Shown here: piece after piece, positions 19,919-43,873 of the stretch
Layout: the number at the start of each line of letters is the position of its first letter
How positions within the stretch are numbered: the stretch's first letter is position 1
Origin: the human T2T-CHM13v2.0 reference genome, Homo sapiens
Assembly (NCBI RefSeq): GCF_009914755.1
Contig: NC_060926.1
Length of the DNA stretch: 64,000 bases
Reading direction: 5' to 3' (one strand)
Notes under the pieces: generated by a model
Seen by the model: the letters and a program-made list of their open reading frames with translations, nothing else
The model's database searches: none
Told to the model about the DNA's origin: nothing
Position numbers and translations under genes: made by a program

Positions 19919-20276
19919 GATATCCTGAAAAATCCTTCCTCTTTTTTTTTTTTTTAAATTTAAATTTTGTGTCTAATTTCTGAAGGCAAAATATCAAGAG
20001 TTGTCAGAGGAGATTTGGGTACATGATTAAGATAGAATCATGAGTGACCAGGAAACGATACTTGGTTACCTCTTTAATCAAAATGCACAACAAAATATTT
20101 AAAAATAAATACAGAAGGCAACACAATTGTAAAAAAAAAAAAAAATTGTAAAGAATTTTAGTGCTTTTGTGAGAAAACTTTGTTCTTTTTTTCTTATGTT
20201 TACATAATCAAGGACACAAGAAAGCCAAAATAGAGTGGGTGAAATTATAGAATCCCTTATATGCAGGCAGATTTCA

Positions 20277-20598
<322 letters not shown>

Positions 20599-20829
20599 TT
20601 ACCTTTTTTTTTATTGTATGTGAAGGCATTAATTAATACATCAAGTAAGCAAAACCAAGAAAACAAATGAATTTTGTCAAATTTTAAACATATTTCATAT
20701 GCTGACATATATTCATATAACCTCTTTCAGACAAATAATCACTTATTTTCAGGCAAATAAAAATCACTTTCTGAATTTTGTCCTTTGTTATGGTCTTTTA
20801 TATTCTGGAACAAACTGACACTTTAAGAC

Positions 20830-21461
<632 letters not shown>

Positions 21462-21489
21462 CTTTAGGAAAAACTACTCTTCCTTTTTT

Positions 21490-21790
<301 letters not shown>

Positions 21791-22217
21791 TCTTTTTCCT
21801 TTAAAAACAAAAGCACATCCACAGTTGTATTTCTCTTTTGCTACTGTTCCTAGAATAGTCTCAACCGTGCATAATAATTATAACTTTTAACCAAAGTAAT
21901 GAACTTCTATTTCACGAGAAAAATTAAGGGCTAGATAATTAAGAAATGTCTGTTATACACAAGTATTTTTGCAGACAAACAAAATTCTGACAACATATAA
22001 CACTGTTCTACATACTCTATATAGAACATATAGCCAGACACATCCCTTTTACACCTTAGTGTGGCAAAAATGAACACCTTCATTACAACACCCCAAAGAT
22101 ATAGCCTCTCTCTAACATACAAAATATATTAAACCTCCTGGGGGACAGAGAGAGACCCTATATAAAAAATCCTGAAAAATCTTTCTTTTTTTATTTATTT
22201 TTATTTTGTCTCTAATT

Positions 22218-22376
22218 GTGTGTGCCATCACGCCCAGCTAATTTTTTTGTATTTTTAGTAGAGATAGGGTTTCACCATGTTGGCCAGGCTGGTCTCGAAC
22301 TCCTGACCTCAGGTGATCTGCCCACCTCAGTCTCCCAAAGTGCTGGGATTACAGACGTGAGCCACTGCGCCAGCCC
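22218..22376 (-). mobile_element. Alu left arm plus linker (truncated)
   Basis: Left monomer, A-rich linker and about 20 nt of the right arm. Confidence 0.85.
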
Positions 22377-22537
22377 AAAAAGGCATTTTAAGCAAAAATT
22401 CTGATACTTAAAAACTGAAAATATGAGCCTAGGAGTTCGAGGCTGCAATGAGCCAATACTGCACCTTTGTACTCCCACCTGGGTGACAGAGTGAGACCTT
22501 GTTGGTAAGAAAAAAAACAGAAAAATAGAAAAAGAGG

Positions 22538-23156
22538 GCTTTTGCTATGTTGATGAACTCAGAGTGCATGATTTATAAATACATAACCATCCATACATAC
22601 TTTTGCAGTGATAACCACTGGAAAAATGAGAATGTTAAGCCAATCTAGACAGAGTCCTTCTCATTCCACCTGCCTCTTTATGTTGGTAATACCAGGAGTC
22701 TTAAGAGAGCTGCTGTGGTCTGTGTCACATTCATCCCAGCCTCCTTTCTAATCCTGTAGCTGATGATGAAAATGTGATAAATCTTGTGGCTTACCTTTGA
22801 TGCTTTTTCATTAATTATCTTCTGGTAGTAAATTGTGGCAAGTCTTCCACTTCCATCCCATCAGCCATTCCCATCACCTTGTCTAAAAGGTCTTTATTGT
22901 AACTGCAGCCCAGGAAGAGGTGGTTGGCCCAGACCATGAAGAAGGGACAGCAGCTGGTCCAGGCGGCCACCGCTGTTGGGTGGGTTGCGGTAGTTGGGCA
23001 GGTGGCGCAGCATGAATTCCATGCGGGCCTTCCATTGCTTCTCGCTCTCTGAGTAGGAGCGGAACTGCTCCTCTAAGTCTGCCACCTGCCGCACCCCTGA
23101 GACCAGCTCCTCCACCGTGGTGGTCGCCTTGCCACCAACCATGGTGCCCGCTGCCC
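22538..23156 (-). pseudogene. CDKN2AIPNLP2: CDKN2AIPNL (XTBD-domain) processed pseudogene; CDS-equivalent 23142-22791 with a +1 frameshift
   Basis: Translation [49 protein letters not shown]...GRLDQLLSL matches CDKN2AIPNL; after the frameshift MVWANHLFLGCSYNKDLLDKVMGMADGMEVEDLPQFTTRR..HQR* continues; intronless. The P2 locus number is from recall and the 3'UTR boundary is approximate. Confidence 0.9.
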
Positions 23157-23292
23157 TAATTTTTGTATTTTTAGTAGAGATGGGGTTTCACCATGTTGCC
23201 CAGGCTGGTTTCGAACTCCTGACCTCAGGTGATCCACCCGCCTTGGCCTCCCAAAGTGCTAGGATTATAGGCGTGAACCACTGCGCCTGGCT
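23157..23292 (-). mobile_element. Alu left monomer abutting the 5' end of the retrocopy
   Basis: Intact Alu 5' end, B-box GTTCGAAAC; ends at the linker AAAAATACAAAAATTAG. Confidence 0.88.
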
Positions 23293-24194
23293 GAAAGCCA
23301 TTTTTAATATTTCATTTTTTGTGAAATTATGCTAAAAATTTTGGAGAGATATATCCCAAAATATTTACTGTGATTCTTTCTGGATAGTGAAATTGTGGAT
23401 GCTTTTTTTTTTTAATTCTTTTTTCCACAGCAAATGTGTTCTACTCCTATAATAAAAAGAAATCAATAAAATGTAATTTTGAAAAGACAACATTTAAAGG
23501 CCGCTAACCTGAATTTTATTTACTGTGAGCAAATTTTGATATACTAGCAAGCCGAGTTCTCCCAGGCATCTATCTGCCTGAAATAATACCTGGGGTTGTT
23601 CATAAACCCAGGACTTTATGAGAACAACAAAGACTGAAGAGAATGATTAAACTCATATCATGAAATGAAAATGAAATGTTTCCAGCAGCCAGGCCCCAGA
23701 TCTTCAGGAATGCTCAGCAAATATTACTTTCCTTTCTTCTCTCCCTTCCTTCCATTCAGCCTTTGACTAGGTCAAATGGCCTTTGAAGGTCAGTGTCCCA
23801 TGTCACATGTCCTTGTGGCTTCTCTTGACCACCGTCCCTCATGGACAGTCTACAAGCTGTTCTGGGTCTAGAGTCTGACCTACGTGCCCACCTGAGCCTC
23901 TCCAAGTGATCATCACCAAGTTGAGTGTTCGTTTTATTCCCCAGGACCCCATCCTCCAAGCTAAAGGGATGATGGGCACACCTGAGGTCCTTGTAGGATT
24001 CTGGCCCCAGGAGCAATTCCTTCCTCATGCAGAATCTGCCCTCTGGGCAGGGATTAGGACTTATGTGGATTTAAGCACATTGTGGACACTGTAAACCACG
24101 GGGAACACTTGCTGGGGAATCCAGCATCAACTCTCACATCTCACTGGCAAGCTGGTGAGAACCCTTCTCTTGTCATGGTGGAAACAGGTCCCAT

Positions 24195-24520
<326 letters not shown>

Positions 24521-25251
24521 TTAGGAACTCTGAAGCTAGAGTGTGTGGGTTCAAATCCTGTCCCCAGTGTTCACTTATCCCAGGCACATGGCTCATCCTC
24601 TCTGCCTGTGTCCTCCTGGTCAACGTTAAGTTAATATAGGAAGTGTGAAGAACGGAGCCCAGTACACAGAAATCTGCACTCAGTGTTGGCTGTTCGTGTT
24701 ATTTGTACCGAGCACTGTCTCCACAGGAGCAGCGGGGGCAGTACTGAAGAGAGGGCACTGATTGTTTCCTCTGAAACTCCTTACAGTCAGCAACCTCATC
24801 CCAAATGGTGCTAGACAAAGCCCCAGCGTTTCTTTTTAAGTGAAGCCAGAGTTGGCACCAATCTCAGCCTGGCAGGCAGCTTCTGAGCAAGGGGAGACCT
24901 GTCCTGCCCCAGGATGCCAGAGGGTGACCCAAGAACCGACTCCCTCCCCTTTGGCTGGAAGGTTGGACACAGCTGAGTAAAACTGACCTTGGACTTCATG
25001 TTCTTCAGAGTAGAGGCTGAGATGTGTATCAGACCAGAAGACAGCCAGGAGCTGCCCCCAAAGTAGCTTCTAGATGGTCCAGGGAGGGAGCCTACAGTAC
25101 TGTTTGTCCCATGTTTGGACAGTCAGTGAAGTGGAGAGCAGAGAGTGAAATGAAGGACAGGCACATCTGTTGAAGATGCGGGGCCCAGGGCCTGGCTACT
25201 AGCGAGTATTTGGGTGGTCGCGGGTTATGGGTGTGGCTCCAGGAGGAGAGA

Positions 25252-25497
25252 TTTTTGTTTTTTGTTTTTTCGAGATGCAGTCTCCCACTGTTGCCCAGGC
25301 TGGAGTGCAGTGGCACAATCTCGGCTCACTGCAACCTCTACCTCCCAGGTTCAAGTGATTTTCAGCTAATTTTTGTATTTTTAATTTAGACGGGGTTTCA
25401 CCATGTTGGCCAGACTAGTCTCGAACTCCTGACCTCCAGTGATCCACCCGCCTCAGCCTCCCAGAGTGCTGGGATTACAGGTGTGAGCCACCACACA
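25252..25497 (-). mobile_element. AluS with internal deletion
   Basis: Jumps from ttcaagtgatt to cagctaattttt; TSD aggaggagag. Confidence 0.88.
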
Positions 25498-26056
25498 GGA
25501 GGAGAGTTTGAAAGCCCAGCTGCCTGCTAACACTTGGAGGTTACTGTCCCAACTCCAGCTCAGACTGTGTTGACTCAGGGCGCCTCTCAGCCTAATATAC
25601 CGTGACACTTCCTCACACGGTCTATTTGACTTGAAACTTATATTTAGGAATTGCACTAAGGAAAATATTCTGCCACCAGAACTGTTCAAAACTTACTTGT
25701 TCTAAATGGTGCTTAAATTTCCCCAAATTTAAAAACAATACTAAACAATTTACCTGATATCAACATAACCAGGTTATGTTGGTAAAGGTGAGGAAAAAAA
25801 TTCTAAACAATCAACAACAGCCAAACTTTGCTCAATCATGCTAAAAAAAAAAAAAAAGTTAATTATCTGTCTATTTTCACCATAGAAAATGTTTGCAGAA
25901 CAAAAAATTATTGCAGCCCTTTTGCAACTGGGAGGCAACAAGCTTGAGAATAAAGGGAACAAACTAAAGATGGAGCCAAACACCAGAAAAACATCTATGG
26001 TATCCTGGAGCAGCTCAAGAGACATCAGTAACTGCCTAGTTCCTGGCTTCTTGTTA

Positions 26057-26375
<319 letters not shown>

Positions 26376-26804
26376 ATGTTAAAAAAAAGAAAAAAAAACC
26401 CATGTGTTTAAGCCACACACACACACATGAATGCATGCACATCCTGATGTTATATGATGAGGTAATAAACAATACCATCAAAACTGATGGGGAAATGTAT
26501 TATAAATGTGTGACAAGCAGTTAATAAAAATACACTCTGAGAACCTTGTGGGGCTCCTGGAAGTAAAATCCATGAAAGTGTGGGCCCCCGACCAACACTG
26601 GGCCCCAAGGGATTTTTAATTCTCAAGCTAGTCTCAGCTCAGCCTCCAGCTGTTTGTCCATTCCTGACTCAATGCTCCTGCCAGTTCCTGGCTCCCGTGG
26701 CTTCTTCAGGTAGGCAGCTCTCAGCTGTGATTCTGTCTTCACTGCATCTTCATATTTCAAGGCAGTGGTTTGCCCTATGACCTCAATCCTCTGATGATCT
26801 TTAC

Positions 26805-27099
<295 letters not shown>

Positions 27100-27841
27100 C
27101 TGGAAGGCACCTTTAAACCAGGTCTTGGTAGCTGGTTGGAGAAGGGTAGGGAAGGGAATTCCAGCCAGGAAGTTCAGCATGAGACAGGCACAGAGGTGCC
27201 AGGTCTCTGGTCCATATTCAGGGTACCACAGGCCACCTATTTGCCTGGAAGCAGAATTAGTGGAGTGTCTGGGGTGCGGGGAGATAGTCATTGGAAAATG
27301 CACGTGCTGAGGACACTCACTTGGTCTCTGGTAGACTCCCTCTGAAGGCGGCCACAGTGGGTGGAGATCACTTGTGGAGATCACCTTTCTCAGCATCATC
27401 CTGGATATCACAGTGGACATTTACTGAGCACTTACTGGCTGGCAGGCATTGTGCTAAATGCCACATCTGCTTTTTTATTTTATTTTATTTTATTAAACTG
27501 TTAAAGATGTTCCATTTATTTTTTCAGTTTCTGTAAAAAGAAGACTGCTCCATAGTTTTTACTCACACCTCCCTGTCTGGTCTTTGCTTGAGTTGTCACC
27601 TTAGCCAGCCCGTTCTGGCATGTCACCCACGCCCCCAAAACTTACTCTGAGCTTGTTGGGTGAGCTTTAGGAGACATTGTGAGCTAGAGCTGCTGCAGTG
27701 GTGGGCCTAGAAATGTCGCTAGCTGATGGTGTAGCCCCTCCAGAGGGACATGCTGGACACAACCTTCCGTATTCTGCGCAGGAGAGCATCCCTCCAACTC
27801 CCCACCATATGAATGAAATTTTTCATATGAATGAAAATTTT

Positions 27842-28135
27842 GGCTGGAGTGCAGTGGCATGATCTTGGCTCACTGCAACCTCCGCCTCCTGGGTTCAAGT
27901 GATTTTCCTTCCTCAGGCTCCTGAGTAGCTGGGACTACAGGCGCGTGCTACCACGCCCGGCTAGTTTTTGTATTTTTTAGTGGAGATGGGGTTTCACCAT
28001 GTTGGTCAGGCTGTTCTCAAACTCCTGACCTCAGGTGATCCACCCGCCTCGGCCTCCCAAAGTGCTGGGATTACAGGCATGAACCTGTAACAGAGCAAGA
28101 CTCCATCTCAAACAAAACAAAAAACAAAACAAAAC
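27842..28135. mobile_element. Tailless antisense AluS (27842-28085) fused to a sense Alu 3' end (28090-28135)
   Basis: Both elements are truncated at the junction. Confidence 0.8.
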
Positions 28136-32930
<4,795 letters not shown>

Positions 32931-33773
32931 AAGTAATGCAGGTAGACTGTTTTACTTGAAAGTCAGAAAAATAGAAAAAAAAAAAAACCCTGCAGACCCA
33001 TCATCCAGACAACCGACATTTACAATCTGCTAAATTTCTGTCCAGGATTTTTTCTTTGTGTAGCCTTTTACCAATAGCATTTTATTTACACCTATATTAT
33101 ATCTCATACCCTCGTTCATCTCTTATAATAGTTCTCTGTGTCCTCCACAAGATTTTATGTTCCCTGAGGTCAGGAAAACCTGAAAAGTTTTTGTATTTCA
33201 TATGGTTCTTGATATAACACCTGGAACTTACTAGGGTCTCAATAAGTGTTTATTTGACAGAGATGAATAAAGAAGAATCTTCACCATATCAAATCTATAT
33301 CTGCTAGAGAAAAAAAAAATCACAGAATGATTAAGAAAAAATATGCATTATGAGAAACTTATTTTAAAGAGTTTACATCAGAAAAAGATGATAGGAATGG
33401 GCTGAAGACCTTAACAAGAGCAAGGACAAAGAGTTACTAAATTTACATGAGGGCTGCATGGCTGGTACCTCCTGGTCATCACATTGCTCAGAGGGCTAAA
33501 TCTTTGGCCAGGCTAGTCCAGGAACTAGGCTGAGAGACCTGCACAGAGCATGTGGGCTATTCTCCCAGGGTGGGCCTACAGAGCCTAATGTGAGTACATT
33601 TCCTCAAGAGAGCAAGCCACAGATGGCACTTTATAGTGTGAATGCCACCTGTCCATGCTGACTGTTAGGCAAGGGGTCCTATCCTTCTGCAGAGTTAAAT
33701 AAGATCACAAGATTTGTTAGGTGAATAAAGAACTCCAGACACAAGATTAGTCCTCATCCTTAGGGCTGTTTCT

Positions 33774-34207
33774 TGTGAAAGTTGTCAGAATCAAAATGGA
33801 GTCACTAATCTAAAAAAAAAAACCTGACAAATAGAGCTGGGTTTGAAGAGAGGCCATGAAGAGAGGGCTCTCATGCTTATATGCCTGATAAAAACTATCA
33901 CAAAGACTGCAAAACCGCAACCTTGCGCAAAGGCTATGGCTACCTTACACACACAAAACTATTTCCTCCCACAAGGACATCTGCTCAGAAACTGCCTGTC
34001 TAATTCCATGCTGTTATTGATCTTTGTAGCCAAGGAAAATTATTTCAAAATAATCATGTAATCCTCATTTTTCCCTTTAAAAACCTTTGTCTTCCATTAC
34101 CTCCCAGAATATGCACATAGTTTACTATGGCGCATGTATTTCCATTGCAATGCTCTACTCCCAAATAAATATCTTTATTTTACAGAACTTCTCTTTGTTA
34201 TTTGGCA
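33774..34207 (+). mobile_element. MER65-family solo LTR
   Basis: TGTGAAAGTTGTCAGAATCAAAATGGAGTCAC start, AATAAA near the 3' end, CA end, 4-bp TSD TTCT. Confidence 0.78.
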
Positions 34208-34704
34208 TTCTCTTCATATTATGGTAAATCCTACTTTAATTTTCCTAGTTTACTGTAAGAACTATACCTATTATAAGTTTCAGCACTAGAGGTTTGGACA
34301 GTTCTATGCTTTTCTTTGTTCTGCCTCATGAGGGCTTTTGAGAAGACAAAAGTCAGAAACTCTAGAACTTCCATCTCCGTAAGGAGTAAGGCAAAACGCT
34401 GGCTCTCTGAACCACAACTACAAAGTTGCATACATAATTTTACAACCAGACTCTGCCACCAGACTCTCCTGGTCATTCTCAAAGACTTTGGATCAGTACA
34501 ACGTCCTCCCTCTACCCAGGTCATGGAATCACAGAGTTCTACTTTTATTGGCCATTTTCTTCCCTCCATACTCAAGAGGAAGGATTCTCAAACAAGCAAT
34601 GAAACTCCTTCTCTAGCTTACATCAGCTTGCAATTTAAAACTGTATTTCCAGATGAAGTTATGCCAGTATTTGACTGGAAAGGTTTTCAATAAACTTCTT
34701 AATT

Positions 34705-38504
<3,800 letters not shown>

Positions 38505-39435
38505 TTACTGGCTTACTTCTTTGGATTCACCTAATAAATAAAAATTAAATTTGGGGGCATGGGTGAGAGGATTCTTTCCTATGTTCTCAGCTCCTCCACC
38601 AGTAGGGGCTCAGTAAAGCCCTGTGTTGTGGAAAATGACAGGTAGGGAACCAAAAGGTGATTAAAGATCTGGCTCTTAGAGTAATTCTTTTGTTCCCTGA
38701 AGGTGATTGTTTGACTTATGTTTCTTGTCCTCATTATTATTCTTTCTAATACTCGAATTTTATTTGTTAAGGGAGAAAAAAGGCTTAAAACAAAGCCTCA
38801 TTATCCTCATCTGGATAATGATGGCATTGTGAGACTATGCAATTTCTTGCTTTGTTTGGCTTAAAGAACCTCTATATGTGCGTGAAATAAATGCCAATTT
38901 AACGTTTTAGATTTCTGCTACAAGGCTGGGGCAGCTGGAATCATCCAGCAGTTCCTCCTTTATGCTGGTTTGTGGCCATTCTCGTTCCAAGAGAAGACAA
39001 ACTTGCATTTCAAAATTAAACTCTGAAATTTAAAAATAAAAGCAGGAAAAAAAAAAAAACCAAAACTTTCCTAGGCCAGAAGGAATGATTTAAATTTTCG
39101 GAGAGCTCCTTGGCGTTTCAAGGGTAGTGATAAACCATTGGAATTTACTTTGATGTTTCAGCTCTAGCACAGCACCCCCTCAGCCTCCCCAGGCCTCCTC
39201 CTCCATCCCCTGTGTCTGACTGGGTAGTTACTGCTCTGGGGCCTGGAACCCTTCCAGTCTCATTCCCCTGTTTGTGTATCTGAATATCTCTATGTCTTTA
39301 GATCTTCTTCATGCTGCCTCTGTTGTCCTGTCTCCCTCTCCCAAAGTCTGTTTGTCTGTCTTGTTGCCCCCCCGGCCCCGTGCTTTTTAAATTTGGCTCC
39401 TGCTTTGTGGCACTGTCTTGAATACACAGGTTTGA

Positions 39436-40547
<1,112 letters not shown>

Positions 40548-43437
40548 TCACTTTTTTTTTTTAATGGCTAACTAGACTTCACAATGTGTTCCCCACACTA
40601 GGGTTGTCACTGAGAAGTATAAGGAGCAAAAAAAGGTGAAAAGAGAAGGATGAGGAGGAAACTTAATATTATACAAAGCTCCTGGGAATACTGGAGAGCC
40701 CCTTTCCCGGGGGCACTTCGAGGAGGAACAGGTTGCCGCTGCAGAGGAAGGAACATCTGGGTTCCATGACTTGGCAACAGGCTCTCCTTGAGGGTCACTC
40801 ACCGTCACAGGCTCTCTCTGCACTGGAGATCCGGCCTTCTGGAGGCTGGCAGGGAGGACGTGCTGAAGCAGGAAGGGCTCAGCTTTGCACCAGGCAGATG
40901 TCCTTTGGAATCCTGGCTCTGCTGCTTACAGCAGTGTGACTTCGCAGGCAAATCGTTTAACCTCTCTAAATCCAGATAGCCTCATTTGTAAGAAATGAGC
41001 AATGCTACCTCCTGTGTGGAGTAGCAAGGATTAAATGATGTGTTGTAAAACACCAAATAGACCCGGGCTCATAATAGGAGTTCAGACAGTGCGATTTTCC
41101 TCCCTCCTCCTTTCATGGTGGTCTTTAACTTGTATTTATTCTGAAGTTTGTTAAGGCTGTTGGGAACTCAGAACACATTTACTCATAAAAACCAGTAGCC
41201 CTGGGCTTTGTGAGGTCTGACCCCCAACCCCTGCCTAACTCACCATCCCCATTCTCTTCCCATCACCCTCATTCAGGGACTTGACTTTCAAGACATGGTG
41301 GGTTCTTCTGCTGTCTTCCAAATACCCGCTTGGGTTCCCCACCCATAAGCTTTTGCTCCTTCACCCCAGAATCTCAGACCTTTGCTTAGAACTGTCCATC
41401 AAATCAATATCCAGGTGAAATCCAAATTCTAGCTCCTCCATCTCCCAGTGTTATGCAGAACTGCTTTCTTTCTCGTCTGAATTCTTATTCTACTTTATCT
41501 GACCGAGTAGTAATATGAGCTTTATAATAAAAATCACAACATATTGCCTTTTGTGGCTGTTACTGTGGGGAGTGTCACATATTCTTATATCCCTCACACT
41601 GTTCAATAACCACTTTCTGTGGGATAAATAATAATAGCTGCATTTGTTGCATGCACACTATGCCAGGCAATGTGCTATGGCCTTTATCTACCTTTCTTCA
41701 TTTAATTTCCACGACAAGGTTAAAAGAATGTATATGACCCCAGTATTCTGGGTGGAGCTAAGGGTCAGATGGAGTAAGTCACTTTCTCAAGGTCAAGTCG
41801 GCAGAAACTGAAGGAGCAAGGATTCCAACCCAGCAATGCGGGACTCCCAGCTCTGTGCTCTTTCTACTTCCCAGGAAACGGAGCCTAAGTTAGCAACAAC
41901 AAACCGAAGTCGAGGACTGAGGACATATGCAACCCCCGGTTTGGGTGCAACCTTTATCAATATCCTAAACTGACAGATGACGTAGAGGCAGCCGTTTCGC
42001 TGACTAGGGAAGGTAGCCCAAGAAAGCTAAGATGCTAGAATCCAAATTTAAGGTCTACGAGACGCTGCAGAAAACATTTACAGTCACTAGAGGGCTCTCT
42101 CTCCCTTAAGCAAAAAGCGCAGCACCGCCCGCGCGCGGTAGTCTCGGAACCCCGCCGCCGGGAGGCCGCTGGCAGCTCCACGCCACCTCCCTGAAGCCCA
42201 GTCCATTTTGCCTACATCCCTGTCCGGGCAAGCCCTGGAGAATCCATAGGGCAGTGCCCCAAGCTGGAGCAGTTTTCACAGCCACATCCCGGGCTGCACT
42301 GGGTTAGGGATGCTTTGAGGTTCCTCTGGGGGCTCCCTGCTCTCTGCTTACCAAGCAGGCGGGAGTTGGGAAGGGGAGAAGGAGTGCAGACTCAGGGGTG
42401 GGGTAATCCAGAAATGCATCCCTCAAAGGCCAGCCTGGCCTGGTCCAGGCCCTAAGCTCTCTGGGGAAGGACGGCAGGGAACCCCGCCTTGGCGGGCTCT
42501 GCGGGTCCTGCGCCCGGGTAGATTTTGCTGAGATGGGGAGAGGGGACCCCCTCCACGCCCCCGGAGTAGTGAACACCATTTTGTTTGAAAGTATCCTGCA
42601 AAGAGAACCACCTCACGAGGCCATGGCTGCCAGGGGACTCCTCTCCCCACCGGATCGCCGGGGAGCCCGGGGAGGGAGGGATTCTGCAGCTGCAGCTTGG
42701 AGGTCCTTGATGCTGCATTTTAACGCGCATCGCAACGCCTTTGGAGTGACATTAAGTGCAAAGAGGCAAATGACTAATCCAAACTATTATTACAACTGCA
42801 GAAAATAACACAGATCAATGGCAAAGGCTTGAACCGGGATTAGCTAGGGAGGTGGGACAAACCGGGGATGATCCTTCCTCTCCTTTTTTAGATTTGTTTA
42901 TTTTGGTAAATTATGTATGTATTTAAACATGAAGAAACAGGTGAAGCGAATGTAAATTGGGTTATAAATAATTTCCAAAGGCTTCGCTGTCCCTTGACAG
43001 AAGCCAGAAATAAGACAGGCACTGGGCCTGAGCGCTCTGGACAGGGAAGCACCCGCGTGGCGCTGGGCAAAATCTTCTCAGTGGAGAGAACGCACTCCGG
43101 GTTCGAGACCTCCCCGGGTGCAGATGCGAACTGCGGTGGCCCCAAGTGGCCGTCCACTTTGTTCATGAGAACAGTTTTCCTATAACGCCCACCCGGCCCT
43201 TTGCATCCCGCAATCCCGCGGGCGTCGGAGCGGGTCTTGGCGCGAACCAGGCGGCCTCGGCGGGGTCCTGCGGCGGAGGGCAGCGCGGCCGCAGCCCGGG
43301 AGAGGCGGCCGCGGCATTGTTTCAGCCCCTGGGGTGGGATCCAGCTGGGGGAGGGGAGGCGGGGTGTCCTCCGGAACCGCCCCCGGCCCTCCCTGGGGAC
43401 CCGTGCCTCAGCGCGTCCAGGCTTTGTGGTGTCCTGA

Positions 43438-43451
43438 GTCGCCATGGAAAC
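43438..43451. promoter_or_regulatory. RFX X-box
   Basis: GTCGCCATGGAAAC closely fits the palindromic RFX X-box (GTTGCCATGGCAAC-type). Confidence 0.65.
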
Positions 43452-43544
43452 CCGAGGGAACGCGGAGCCGGGTGCTAGGGGGGTCGGTGAGTTCTCCGGC
43501 CGCGCCCTCCGTCCGCTCTCGGACCCCGGCCCTGCAGCAGGGCC

Positions 43545-43562
43545 TGCCGGGAGTTGTAGTCC
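43545..43562 (-). promoter_or_regulatory. ZNF143/THAP11 ACTACAnnTCCC motif
   Basis: Minus strand GGACTACAACTCCCGGCA. Confidence 0.7.
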
Positions 43563-43670
43563 CCAGGCGGCGGCGGCGCGCGGCGCCAAGGATGCGGGAC
43601 GCCGCCTGTCCCCGCCTCCCCTTAACCTGCTAGCTGAGGTGGGGAGCGGCGGGAGGAGCCGGCCGCGCGG

Positions 43671-43718
43671 TGATTGGCGGAGGCCGCTCCCAGCCCCCGA
43701 CACGCGCCCCTCCCCCGC
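43671..43718. promoter_or_regulatory. Inverted CCAAT box (43673-43677) and GC/KLF box
   Basis: tgattggcgg ... cgcgcccctcccccgc just upstream of the exon. Confidence 0.6.
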
Positions 43719-43724
43719 TCCCCA

Positions 43725-43873
43725 CTCTGGACTCCCGCGCTGGGCGCGCTGAGGCGGCCCCCGAGCGAGCGCGCGTGCAGCCGCCGCCGCCCCGAGCACC
43801 CGCAGCTCCGGCGCCGCGGCGAGACGGAGACGGACCGAGCCACGGGCCCCCGCGGCCGCAGCATCTCGGAGGA
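43725..43873 (+). other. DPYSL5: Non-coding first exon (5'UTR), probable DPYSL5/CRMP5 exon 1
   Basis: GC-rich exon ending ...gcagcatctcggagga|GTGGGT donor; recalled DPYSL5 mRNA continues GAACATGCTTGCC; neighbouring CDKN2AIPNL retrocopy fits recalled 2p23.3 gene order; TSS approximate. Confidence 0.7.

Noticed and set aside
22894-23142. 82-aa ORF as a functional CDKN2AIPNL retrogene
   Set aside because: A frameshift after about codon 68 removes the conserved MVWANHLFLGC segment; multiple CpG-decay substitutions
34316-34693. 125-aa ORF in apparently unique sequence
   Set aside because: Non-ATG start, no recognisable homology or splice context
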